Assembly (NCBI GenBank): GCA_026936335.1
Contig: JAPMXV010000044.1
Coordinates: forward strand, 310,001 to 374,000
DNA from: Mantamonas sphyraenae STR306
Taxonomy: Eukaryota > Protista > CRuMs
Length of the DNA: 64,000 bases
Reading direction: 5' to 3'
Shown here: positions 37,886-49,455 of the stretch, piece by piece
How positions within the stretch are numbered: the stretch's first letter is position 1
Layout of the letters: each line of letters starts with the position of its first letter
Made by a program: the position numbers and the translations under genes
Notes under the pieces: generated by a model
Seen by the model: only the letters and a program-made list of their open reading frames with translations
The model's database searches: none
Told to the model about the DNA's origin: nothing

Positions 37886-38287
37886 GATGCAAAAGGCATG
37901 TTGCAGCCCACCACTCCATCCACCCTCTGTTTTCCAATTCCATTCATTGCAAAGTCCCATACGCATTCCATCCCGTTTCCTGTCCTGTGTTGCATCACTC
38001 CCTCTACAGTCTACTGCTTTTGCTACGGCGCGCGCGTGTCAGCTACCCCGGCCCTTGCCTCACACACGTACACACACCCTCTCCCTCTCCCTGTGTGATC
38101 CCATCCAATTTGTGTCACACATGTCACCAACCCATCCCAGGTGGCTCCTTTGCCATCCCATGCCTTTGTGTCTTCGCTCCCCGCCTTCGCGTACAACTCT
38201 CCGGCCCCTCCCGCAAACTCCCAGCACAAAAGCCCCTTTGTGCGCACATGCAGTCACATACACGGACATGCCACACACCACAGCCTG

Positions 38288-38377
38288 CCCCAACCCATCC
38301 TCTCCTCATTCCGCCCCATTACATGCTGGCATCCTCATGTCCCCAAACCTACGCTGGCCATGCACTGCTGCAACTTG
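38288..38377. repeat. 90-bp direct repeat, copy 2 (3' end and flank of the CX9C gene)
   Basis: Matches 33729-33818. Confidence 0.9.
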
Positions 38378-38628
38378 GTGCGCAGGAACGTGCAGTCCCG
38401 TCCGTCCTTGGCCTGCATGCAATCCCACAGTGGCTTGCAGTCACACTGGTCCTCTGCAAATCCTTCGTTCTGCAATCCTACTGCAGCTGCCACAGGCATG
38501 CTTCCATCCCCTCCTGCCACTCCGTTGGACGCCTGCGACGCAACCAGACCCTGCGGTGCCACAAACGCCCACGCAAGCCCAGCTGCACCACCAACCACCA
38601 ATGCCCCATTCAATGCCTTGCTGCTCAT
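38335..38628 (-). CDS. Small Cys-rich (CX9C/CHCH-like) protein, possibly mitochondrial intermembrane space
   Basis: 97 aa with a hydrophobic N-terminal segment and CDC..LWDCM...DCTFLRTKLQQCM (CX9C). Confidence 0.6.
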   Translation of the reverse strand: MSSKALNGALVVGGAAGLAWAFVAPQGLVASQASNGVAGGDGSMPVAAAVGLQNEGFAEDQCDCKPLWDCMQAKDGRDCTFLRTKLQQCMASVGLGT

Positions 38629-38806
38629 GTTCTTTCTTTCGTGTCTTTCTCGTTCGGCTGCATCCCTAAGCGCACCGCCACCCAAAACAACGTCTCCATG
38701 TCCACCGATTTCCACCGTGAAGTCGATGCTGACGAAATCTGTGCGTCCATTGCCCTCCGCTCCCGTCCCACCCCTCCTTCTTCCCCCACCCCCTAACACC
38801 CTTGCA

Positions 38807-41800
38807 ATGCCACGTGCACCCACCACCCACGCAGGCTTTGTGGAGAGTGCCCTCATCAGTCCCCAGGAGGTGGTCGACACCATGAGCTGGACTACCAAGT
38901 TCAAGAATGACAAAACCGAGGAGAGGCTGCTTGTGATCACCAACCATCGCATCTTCACCATCAAACGCGGCGTCTTTGGCGTCAAATCGGTGCGTTCCCA
39001 ATCCCCACCACACCCCGTTTTTTGCCTTGAGTGGAACACACTCCACACATGTGCACACACATGCCCTCCAACCTCGCCATTGACCCATTCCATGCCCACT
39101 GCTCACCCCCACCCCACCTCCTCTCTACCCGTAGGTCCGCCGCAATGGCCACTACTACACTCTCCTCAGCATCGCTGCCGAAGAAGAGGGAACCAAGGTC
39201 GGTTTTCTCACCCTTCCACCCCTCCTCCTGCTCCCTGAGACATGCCTTGGCCCTTCCATGCCCATCAACCTGTGTGGTGTGTATCCATGCATCTATGTGC
39301 ACGTACAAATGCTGTGCATGGTCTTCCCATCGACGTCAGAGCGTTCCGGTTTCATTTGTTCGCCAAGCCGGCCCTCCGCCTGCCTCGCCGCTGCAGCCGC
39401 ACCCACACTCACCCCGTCTCTCACACATGGCACATGCGCATGGTTGTGCAGGCCACGTTTACCTTTCGGGACTTTGTGCTGTCGTTTGAGCACCAGGACA
39501 TGACAAACATCATCCACAAGGTGCGAGTGCACCGGCAGCGGATCACCCAAGACTTTCCGCAGCGCATGTCTCTGGACATTGGTCGATTGCCACAGAGCAT
39601 GCTCACGCGTTTGGAGCCTCTTAGCGACTCTGAACGTGCGCTTGGAGGCTTCCGACTGGCGTATGATGCGTTCTGTACCTTGTTTGAAGTGCCCGCGAGT
39701 GCCGACGTGCACCGGGTGCTGAGTTTGCAGGACGACTCGTCGCGTGCACTGAATCTGAGTTCCATCAAGTCTCTGAACAGCAACCACCCACAGACGATTG
39801 AGGTGTTGCCCATCATGGAGGCGTTGACCAACAACAAGTACTTCACGGAACTGGTCATCCGTTCGGTGCAACGCAAGGACCTGCCCGAGTACATGGCTGC
39901 CATGATCAGCGAGAACGACACGTTGGAAGTCATTACACTGGTGGATGTGGGCAGCTCCTCGGGTCTGTCGGAGATTGGCATTGGCCTGGAACGCAATCCC
40001 AACACACGCATCCGTGTGTTGGACTTTCAGGGCAACGCCTTCAAGGACAACGGCGCAGTCAACCTTAGTGAGGCATTGCGCACCATCCACATCACCTCCA
40101 TCGGCCTCAGCGACTGTCGCATCGGTGCCAAGGGGGTTGCGGCCATCTGTGATGCCTTGGCCAACAACACATCGGGCACCCCTCTGCGTGCCCTCAACCT
40201 GTCACGCAACCAATGTGGAAAGTCTGGCACCAATGCCCTGTGTGCATTGCTTCAATCCTCCCAGGGACAGAGTCTGCGATCCCTGCTTGTGTCTGGTTGT
40301 TCGCTCAACCTGTCCTCCCTGGCCGATGTCCTGTCTGCATGCAACCACCTGCGCACCCTGGACATCAGCAGGCACCGTGTGTCCACCAGCGACGCAAAGG
40401 CGTTGGCCACAGCCTTGGCTGCAAACACCTCCATCCACGATTTGGATCTCAACACAAGCGAAATGGATGTGGGCACAATCATCACCCTGGTGCGTCCCCT
40501 GCTTCTCTCTGACGTCGGCAGTGAAGGAGAAGGAGACAGCAGTGGGGGTGATCCATCACGCCGTCGTCGCCCCGTCAGTCTCAACCTCAGCGGCATGCAC
40601 TTCACCTCGTCCGACTTTGCCACGATGGACGACGCAGGCCTGTTTACAACAGACACCAACCTGAACGCCCTCATGCTGGACAAGTGTGGCATGGGAGGGG
40701 CCAGCATCCAGACGCTGTTGTCTGTGTTGGCGCCTGTGGCTGTGCGCAAGCTGTACCTGTCGGAAAACCTGGTGGCCGAGAGTTCGGAGCGAGCCAACAC
40801 CATCCAACAGCTGATTGACTATATCGACGCATCGACAAGCCTGGAATTCCTGTCGTTGTGTGCAGACGAAAAGACGTACCTGGGTGAGGCCATCATCCCG
40901 CTGTTCAAGTATCTGGAGGACGACAAGTGCAAGCTCAAGACGCTGGAGGTTATTGGCCACCGGTACGGGGACTTGGGAGCCAGCTACATTGCAGACATGC
41001 TGTCATCGAACCGTACGCTGGAATCATTGGATGTGGATGGAGGGGACATCACCCTGGCAGGGTTCAAGGTGCTGCACGCGGGCTTTCTGAACAACCAATC
41101 GGTGTGTCTGTACCGCTTCCCAGACCAGGATGTGGAGAACCTGCGCAAGAACGCAGCTGACAACTGGGAATTGGATCAGGACGAGCTGTTTAGGCTCATG
41201 AAGGACATCGGGGCACATGTGATGGAGGTGCGAGAACGCAGGAGCAGGAGTGCACGCAGCAGACGCAGCAAGCGCAGCACACGCAGCACACGCAAGACGG
41301 AGAACAGCAGCAGTGACAACGACGGCAGGAGTGGAAGCAGTGCAGGGGAATCAGCAGCAGACAACACCACCACATCATCGGAATCATCCACGGCAGGGGA
41401 GAACACCAGCCATGGAACATCATCATCATCATCATCATCATCATCAAGGACAAACCAAACACAGGGGAAAGACGAGGAGGATGAAGAGGGCACAGAGGCC
41501 AACATGGAACAGCTGCAGAGTGAGGTGGTGAAGCAGGCAGTGTCGTCGTCCTTCCGTCACGTGGGCTCCACAAAGACACACAGCCGTGGAGCCTCACTGC
41601 GTGGCAACAGCAGCCGCAGTTTACGCAACACCTCAACAGGCAAAGCACCCAGCGCCGAGGAGGCCTTGGAAGCCAGCCAGCAGGCGCAACGGGAAGTCAG
41701 TCAGGTGTTTGCACGTCAGCCACGTCGCACACGAGGGGACACAGTGATGAACTGGCGCATGTCTGTCAATTCACCCCAGTTTGGAGCGGGGGAGGGCGAG

Positions 41801-41926
41801 GACAGTGATCTGGATGCCAGCTTTGGTGACGAGGAGGTGGAGGATGGGTTGGATGCGGGCGCCGTGTTTGGAGGTCCACCAACCATGGCCCCTCCCCAGT
41901 TGGATCTCAGCGCGGACAGTGAATGA
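38807..41926 (+). CDS. CARMIL/LRRC16-like PH + leucine-rich-repeat protein
   Basis: N-terminal EERLLVITNHRIF (CARMIL PH-like), followed by many RNI-type LRRs, with introns in 38990-39450. Confidence 0.75.
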
Positions 41927-42098
41927 ACAGAAGGATTGAGATGGCACCAAAGGGGAGGGGGGGGGGGGCACACGAGGCAGAGTGTGTGTGTGTGTGAGTG
42001 TGATGAACTCACGTTGCGGCAGCGGTGACACGTTTTCCATCCCACACTCCTAAAAACACCAACTCACCCACACACCCAGACACAAAGACTTGAGACCC

Positions 42099-43322
42099 AT
42101 GTTCACACGATCCATTCCAGCGTCGGCGGGAATCAACCGTGCCATGAGGACTGTGGCGGTGGGTGGAGGCGTGGGTGGCAAACCCGAGTTCCTTCCCATG
42201 CCTGGCATCCATGACAACCTTCCAGAAAGCGTCCAATTGGTGGATGTGGGCCCTCGCGATGGTCTGCAGAACGAGAAGAAGCTGGTGAGCACAGAGGACA
42301 AGGTGCGCCTCATCCACATGCTTGTCGAAAGCGGACTGCCAAACGTCGAAGTCACCTCCTTTGTATCCCCCAAGTGGGTGCCCCAGGTATGTGTTGTTGT
42401 GTCCCATGTGTCCCCTACCCGTGCAGCCATCCCCTGTCCCTCCCCAATCTCCCCACCCGCGCCTCTCTGCAACCCTCTTCACGGTTCATTTTTGTTGACA
42501 CAAAGTCGCCGATCCCTCTCTCTCTCTTTGGCTTGGCCCACCCACCCCTGCACACAGATGGCCGATGCAGCAGACGTCATGAGACGCCTCAACGAAAACC
42601 CTCCCGTGTCGCCCAACGGCCACGTGGACCTGCCCGTGCTCACGCCCAACCTCAAAGGCTTGCAGGCGGCCATCGAAGCCGGAGCCAAGGAGGTGGCCAT
42701 CTTTGCCTCGGCCTCCGAGTCGTTCAGCCGCCGCAACATCAACACAAGCATCACCCAGAGCCTCACTCGCTATGAGGACGTGTGTGAAGAGGCAAACGCA
42801 CACGGTCTCAAGATCCGTGGCTACGTCTCGTGCGTACTCGGGTGCCCCTACGAGGGAGCAATCAACCCGCGCGTCGTTGCCTCTGTGGCCAAGCGCATGG
42901 TTGAAATGGGCTGCTACGAAATCAGTCTCGGTGACACCATTGGGGTGGGCACAGCAGGCACCACCACAAACATGCTCAATGCCGTCATGGCTGAAGTGCC
43001 CACCGAGAATCTCGCCGTCCACTTCCACGACACCTACGGCATGGCTGTGGCCAATGTGCTTGTTGCCCTGCAACATGGCATCTCCACCATTGATTCTTCC
43101 ATCTCTGGCGTCGGCGGCTGCCCATACGCACGCGGGGCCACAGGCAACGTCGCCACCGAAGACATTGTGTACATGCTCAACGGCCTTGGCATCATGCACG
43201 GCGTCGATATGGACAAACTCCTCGAGGCAGGCTCCTTCATCTCGGGCGTCCTTGGCCGCCAGCCCGCCTCCCGCGTCGCACGCGCCCTTGCCCAGGAAGC
43301 CGAGGACAACATCGAGTTTTGA
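42099..43322 (+). CDS. HMGCL: Hydroxymethylglutaryl-CoA lyase
   Basis: [21 protein letters not shown]|[18 protein letters not shown] and [17 protein letters not shown]; intron 42388-42557. Confidence 0.96.
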   Translation: MFTRSIPASAGINRAMRTVAVGGGVGGKPEFLPMPGIHDNLPESVQLVDVGPRDGLQNEKKLVSTEDKVRLIHMLVESGLPNVEVTSFVSPKWVPQVCVVVSHVSPTRAAIPCPSPISPPAPLCNPLHGSFLLTQSRRSLSLSLAWPTHPCTQMADAADVMRRLNENPPVSPNGHVDLPVLTPNLKGLQAAIEAGAKEVAIFASASESFSRRNINTSITQSLTRYEDVCEEANAHGLKIRGYVSCVLGCPYEGAINPRVVASVAKRMVEMGCYEISLGDTIGVGTAGTTTNMLNAVMAEVPTENLAVHFHDTYGMAVANVLVALQHGISTIDSSISGVGGCPYARGATGNVATEDIVYMLNGLGIMHGVDMDKLLEAGSFISGVLGRQPASRVARALAQEAEDNIEF

Positions 43323-43431
43323 GATATGGTGTCCAAATTTTGATTCATGTATAAATTCGGTGCTTGTTGTGTTTGTTCTGGATTTTGGTGTGAATCAAAT
43401 TTTGTACCTTCATTCTGCATGTTCCGCACCC

Positions 43432-46400
43432 TTACTCGGCAAAAAGCGTGGCCTTGGGCCATTTGGCGGCTGCGGCGGCCTTGAGAGCAGAAGCGGCGTC
43501 TGCTGTGCCCGGAACCTTTTCCAGGTCGTCCATCTGCAGCAGGGCGCGGTACACGTTGCTCGCCGTTTTCACGCTGGCGTCTGCAGCGTCCAGCTGCGAT
43601 GCACACGCAGCCCAGTTCACTTCGGCGTCGGCGTCCAGCACACGGTCGCACTGGCATCCTGCAAACACGCCCAGCAGCGAGTCGCTGTGGCCGGCCTTGT
43701 ATGCAGCCACGTATTCGCCCACATTGCTGTACGTGGAGTCGTTCAAGCGCAGCACGTCGCCCACGTGGGTCTGTGCAATCTCCAGCACCTGTGCATCCAC
43801 AGCCCCCTCACCTGATGCAGAGGAGGCACCCGCGCTCGACGAGGATGCTCCTGGGGCACTTCCGTCTCGGCCTCCCTCGAGCACCACCTGCCCAAAGCGA
43901 GCGACACGGACAGCGACCTCTGGGTGCACCGAGTCCATGGCCACCATGTGCATGACGGCACGCAGCGCCTGCACATACTTGCGCCTGCGCATGGCCACGT
44001 CAAAGGACAGCAGCCAGGTGTCGATGCGCTGAGGACACTGGCTCTCCAACTTGCGCACCAAGGACAACGCCTCACCCACCAAATCCTTTGTGTTGGCCAC
44101 CATCTCCAACCCCTCTGGATCCTTCTCGTGCTCACTGAGCCTGTGTGCTCCACCCCTTCTTCTTCTTGCTGGCCTCTGCTGCCTTTGCATCTGCCTCCTT
44201 CTTCCTCTGCTCCCTGCGCCACTTGCTCAGTGCCTTCTTACGAGCTTTGGGGTCCAGGTTGGCAAACATCTTGTCCTCCTGGTCCTTGGCCCGCTGCGCG
44301 TCGTCCTTGGGCGGATGCACGTCCACCTCCAGATAGGCCTGGATCATGCTGTGTGCCCCTGCCCAGAAGGCCTTGTGGTTGTAGATGCGATCCTGCACCT
44401 CCAGCAGTTCCACGTACGATCGCAGTGTCATCTTGCGCAGGCAATAATAATGGAAGTCCGTCTCGTCCTTCACAAACTGCTCAAAGTGTCCCACCAGGTG
44501 GCTCAGGTTGCGCAGGGCACGTGCAGGCCTGCCCTGACGCATCCAACTCTGGCCCAATTCCACCTCGTACCACAGCGTCTGCATGTCAAACGCATTCATC
44601 ACAGGGTGGCCCGGCGACGTGGCAAACAGCTTCATCCTGGCCTCGGCCTCCTCCACCATGTCTGCACGCAACATGTACTTGACACACTTGGTGCACAGAT
44701 AGCGATCGTCGGTGTCCAGAGCACGTGCTGCGTCGTACACCTCGGCTGCCCCCTTGAGGTCTCCCGTGTGTTTGATCAGTCTGGCCTTGGCCATCCACAG
44801 TTCCACCACATCCATCTTGTTTTCTGCGTTTGGCTCACCACACCCTTCCTCTGCCTTGGCCATCCATGCCATGGCCTCTTCGTACTGTCCCAGATAGTCG
44901 TGATGACGTGCCAGGAACAGTTGGGTCCACACCAGCGTCATGCCCACCTTGCTCTCCTCCACTTCCTTCACCACCACCCCGTCTCCCTCCTCACCAAACA
45001 CCCCCTTGCTCTTCAGATTGGCCTCGTAGCCCTCCAGCAGACTCTGGATCTGGGACACCTTGTCGCTGTCGCTGTACAGGCTCTTGATGTCCAGAAAGGC
45101 CGAGGGCACCCCCTTGACCAACTTGGGTTCCAGGTAGGCCCTGAGGGCACTCACAAACCGATGGCCATGCAAATGGTCCAATGGGAAGCGAGTGATGGCC
45201 ATGGCACGTGGGTACTTGTCTGCCATCTCTGCAAACAAGGCCACCACCTTGTCCTGCTCCTCCTCACTCAGTTGTTGGCCCTCCACCACATGCACACCCT
45301 GGCACTCCAATGCCCGTTGGTAATACAGGTTGTTGTCTGGGTTCAGGGCCATCAGTGCTTCCAGCGTCTCCTGCGCACCACTCGTCTGGCCCAACGCAAG
45401 CTCCAGTTCCAGCTTGCGTTCCTGCCAGTACAGGGTGTCCACCACCAGATCCTTGATGCTCAGCAGGTGATCCAATGCCTCTTGGGCATTGTCGTTGGCC
45501 TTGTACACGGCCAGGTTGCGGAACAGCTGCAGTTCAGACATCTGGAATGGAGTCAGGCTGCTCTTCTTCTTGGCCTTCCCGTTCTCCTCCGTCTCCCCTT
45601 CTTCCGCCGTGCCCTCGTCCGCATACGTGGTGTCCACAAACTTGTCCACTGCATCGATCGCCGTCTGGTAATCTGAGGTATCCCCACGTGTCACGTGTCA
45701 GCTGTCCACCCACATGTGCCGTCGGTACGGGTGGTTGTTCCAAGGCAAATCACCTCCACCCCCCGCCCCCCCACTGCCCTTTCCCTCTCCCACCCACCAC
45801 CGTCCACACACGCATACCTTTGGCCAGGTACGCTGCCACAATGAAGCCCAGCCAGTTGTTCTTGAAGGTGGGGCGTTCCTGCAGCTGGGCCCTACGCGAC
45901 TCGAGGTACCCGTCGTAGTCGCGGGTGTGGATCTGGCTGCGGCCCAGATCGGACATCATCACTGCGTTCCCCGGGTCCAGTTGCAAGGCTTTGGCAAAGC
46001 ATTTTTTGCTCTCTGCATGGTCGCCCTCGGTGCGGTGCAACACTCCGTAAATGTGCCATGCTGTTTGGGAACCCGCAAGGATGGGCCGGGTGGGGGAAAG
46101 CGGGCAGGGGTCAGCATGTGGTGCGACGCGCACTGCATTTTGCCTGTGGGAGGCACTTACCCTTTGCGCTGGACATGTCATACATCAACGACATCTTTGC
46201 AGACTGGAATGCCTCCTCCTTCTTGCCCATGGCACTGAGCACCAGGGCCCTGAAGGCCAGTGTGCCCGAATGGTTGCTGTTGTTGGCAAGGATGTCGTTG
46301 CAGTTCTTCAGCGCCTTCTTGAAGTCCTTGCGGTCGAACAGATGCTGCACAGAGACACACGGGCAACGACAAAGGAACCCATGAGGATCAGGAATGGCAG

Positions 46401-46509
46401 GGAAGGGGGGGGGGGGAGGAGGAGAGTGGGGGGAGGGAGGTGACCCAATACACAAGTGGTAAGGGGGGGGAGTGTGGGGATGAGGTGAGCCAACAAGATC
46501 ACGAAACCA

Positions 46510-46549
<40 letters not shown>

Positions 46550-46622
46550 CAATCTGTTTGAACAGGTTCAAATCCTTTCCACTGAGACCTGCGCTCGCAC
46601 TGCTGCTGCTGCTGCTGCTCAT
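43432..46622 (-). CDS. NAA15: NatA N-terminal acetyltransferase auxiliary subunit (TPR); frameshift at ~44155
   Basis: WHIYG, RDYDGY..SR..L..RP...NNW, KGVP, ARALDTDDRY..TKC.KYMLR, DMQ.LWY, DFHYYCLRKMTLRSYV and DPEG motifs; 3 introns at the 5' end. Confidence 0.92.
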
Positions 46623-46696
46623 GGTGTTGGAACAGGGTTACTGGGGAACAACGATGGGTGTTTTTTTGTTGTTGGCGATTGAGCATGCGCTCAAAC

Positions 46697-47588
46697 TCAA
46701 ATGGCATCGACATCGACTTTGATCAGGAGCTGTGGATCACTGCAGGTTTGGGAGATGAACTGGAAGGAGATGCCCCTTCCGCTGTAGAGGGCAGACTGGG
46801 CGGCAAGGAAGGCGTCGCAGGCGCGCAGGGCACGGTTCTCCTTGATGTAAAGAACCATGCAGATGAGAGTGTCTGTGATGGCCAAGCCCACCGCCAGACC
46901 AAACATGTCGTAGATGACTGCAAAGAGCAATCCCACCGTGAGCACGGTGGAGAAAAGGTACACCAGCGTCTTTGCCACAGGCTTCATGTCGTGCATGTCG
47001 TACGTGGCATTCAGCTGGTCCATCAACTGTTCAAAATCCCCTGCGCTAATATACTGCATCAGTTCCAGCGGATACGCCGTGTTGAATCCACTCTTTCCGC
47101 AGGGCTCCGAGCGGCATTCCACGCCTCGTTCCAGCGGCAGCAGCACCGTCGACGCCCCAACTGCCCCTCGCTGGAGTGTCCAATCGTCCATCGTGTCATC
47201 GATGACATCCATATGCAAGGCGTGTGCGTGTACACAAGGGAGGGGGGGGGGAAAGGAGGGGGGTGGCAGGTGTCATGGAGGGCCAAGCCACACGAGAGAG
47301 GTGTGAGCCATGGGAAAGGCGAGACGGTTTTTCAGAGCCAGCAACGGACGACGACAACAAGGCGCACATGGGAGGGGAAGGCACACAGGGCACACGTACC
47401 AGTCCCATGGTGGGGGGTGTATATCCTGGAGGCAATCCGTAGTTGCCTTCTGTGGGTTGCACCTCAAAGTGGGTGATGGCCTCGCATTGGCTGCACTGCA
47501 CTTGGTTGACGTTGTCCGGAAACTGGAGCAACAGACCGCAATTGCTACACTGACCCTGCAACATGCGCACCGGAGTGGCTGTTTGCAT
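46697..47588 (-). CDS. Membrane protein with LSD1-type Zn finger and Erf4/GOLGA7/CHIC-like domain
   Basis: CSNC.LLLQFP....VQCSQC; FNTAYPLELMQYIS..DF..LMDQLN; two hydrophobic segments; intron donor at 47399. Confidence 0.5.
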
Positions 47589-47721
47589 GGTGGCTTGGCA
47601 CTTGGAGGAATGGGGTGGGGAACGCGGGAGGCGGGAAGGAACCTGTTTGGTTCGGCAGGGGAACCGCCAACTGCAACCAACCAAATCCCACCCCCCCACT
47701 TTTGAACCCATCATTGTGACC

Positions 47722-48297
47722 ATGATGCGATCCACTGGTGCTGTGACACTGCTGAGTATGCTTGTGCTGGGCCTGGTGATGAGTGCCCAGGCCTCCGACC
47801 CGAGCCAGGACAAGATCACCTCCCTCCCTGGCCTGGACATGTCCACGGTCAACTTCAACATGTATTCGGGCTACTTCCCGGTCAATGAGACCTATGGCTC
47901 CAACCTGTTTTACTTTTTCGCCGAGGCTTCCGAGGTGGACCCCAAGACGGCCCCCGTTGTCCTGTGGCTCACAGGTGCGTTTTCTTCTCCTTGCCAGTCC
48001 CCACACACCCTCTTGCCTCCGTGCCAGCGCACGCACAGGCCATCATGCACCCTGAATCTGTGGGACACACCCTCGGTGCTACGTGTTGGACTTGCTCTTG
48101 CAGTTGCCTCTGCCCCATGCATGGCGTGGGAGGAGGGTCGAGCTGGGAATCCACGCAAGTCGAGAGGCATGCGGAAACGCCGCGAGGTTTTCCGCCGCCC
48201 CTGCTGACAGGAACAGAGGCACAGAGTGTGTGAGACAGAGCATAGGGTTGTGCATGACGTGTTGAATCGAATGGGTGTATGTCCATGGAAGACTGCT

Positions 48298-48333
<36 letters not shown>

Positions 48334-49428
48334 TGCACAGGCGGCCCTGGTTGCTCGTCTGAGCTGGCCATCTTCTACGAGAACGGTCCGTTCCACCTTG
48401 TGAAGGGAAGCAACAACATCACTCTGAGTGCCAACCCGTGGTCGTGGAACCGTGTGGCCAACGTGCTGTACGTGGACCAGCCTGTGGGCACGGGGTTCTC
48501 GTACCTGACGGACGAGGCCGGGTATGTGACCAACGAGGACGAGATGGGTGCCCAGCTGCACAAGCTGCTCGTGCAGTTCCTTTCCAACTATGGCTACACA
48601 CAGAACAACTTCTTTGTGTTTGGTGAGAGCTACGCAGGCCACTACGTGCCCAAGATCTGCTCGACGATCCTGAACAACCAGAAGAGCAGCCCGATCAACC
48701 TCAAGGGTTGCGCTGTGGGCAACGGCATGACGGATGCCAAGATCCAGTATGGCGACTACGGCAACTTTGCATACGGCCACGGTCTGATTGACTACGAGGT
48801 CAAGGTGCAGACGGACAAGCAGTACCAGCAGTGCCTGCAGGACATCAACGCCGGTGACATGAACGCCGCCGCCCAGGACTGCAACGAGATTGTCAACATC
48901 ATCCAGCAGTACGCAGGCAACTTCAACGTGTACGACGTGCGCAAGACCTGCAACGACCCCCTGTGCTACGACTTTAGCGCTGCCTCGGAGTACCTGTCGC
49001 AGGAGAGCGTGCAGATGGCTCTGCACACCAGCAACCTGTCCAGCTGGGCCATGTGCAACAACACCGTCTACGCAAAGATCATCAACGACTGGTTTGTCTC
49101 CCAGGCCGGCAGTGTGGTGCAGATCCTCGAGGCTGGCATCCCCTTCATGGCCTACAACGGCATGGACGGTTTCATCTGCAACAACCTGGGTGTGGAGAAC
49201 CTGCTGCGTGAGCTCCAGTGGTCTGGCCAGCAGGGCTACGTCGACAGCACCCGCACCGTCTGGCGTGACTCCAACAAGAACATCATCGGCTACTACAAGA
49301 CCTACAAGCAGCTCAGCATGGTAGGCATCAAGGCTGCCGGCCACATGGTGCCCATGGACCAGCCCGAGCACAGCTTTGAGATGTACTCCAACTTCCTGAG
49401 CGGACCCCAGCTCAACATGGGCTTCTGA
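47722..49428 (+). CDS. Serine carboxypeptidase S10
   Basis: Signal peptide, YSGY, WLTG|GPGCSS, ENGPF, DQPVGTGFSY, GESYAGHYVP and AGHMVP; intron 47975-48340. Confidence 0.96.
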
Positions 49429-49455
49429 TCAATGAAAAACTCATCGTGGTGTTGG

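Noticed and set aside
44132-44190. Programmed frameshift or ultra-short intron in NAA15
   Set aside because: Removing one base from the CCCC run restores the frame. Similar breaks at ~34845 (CA repeat), ~58650 and ~60500-60830 point to assembly indels.
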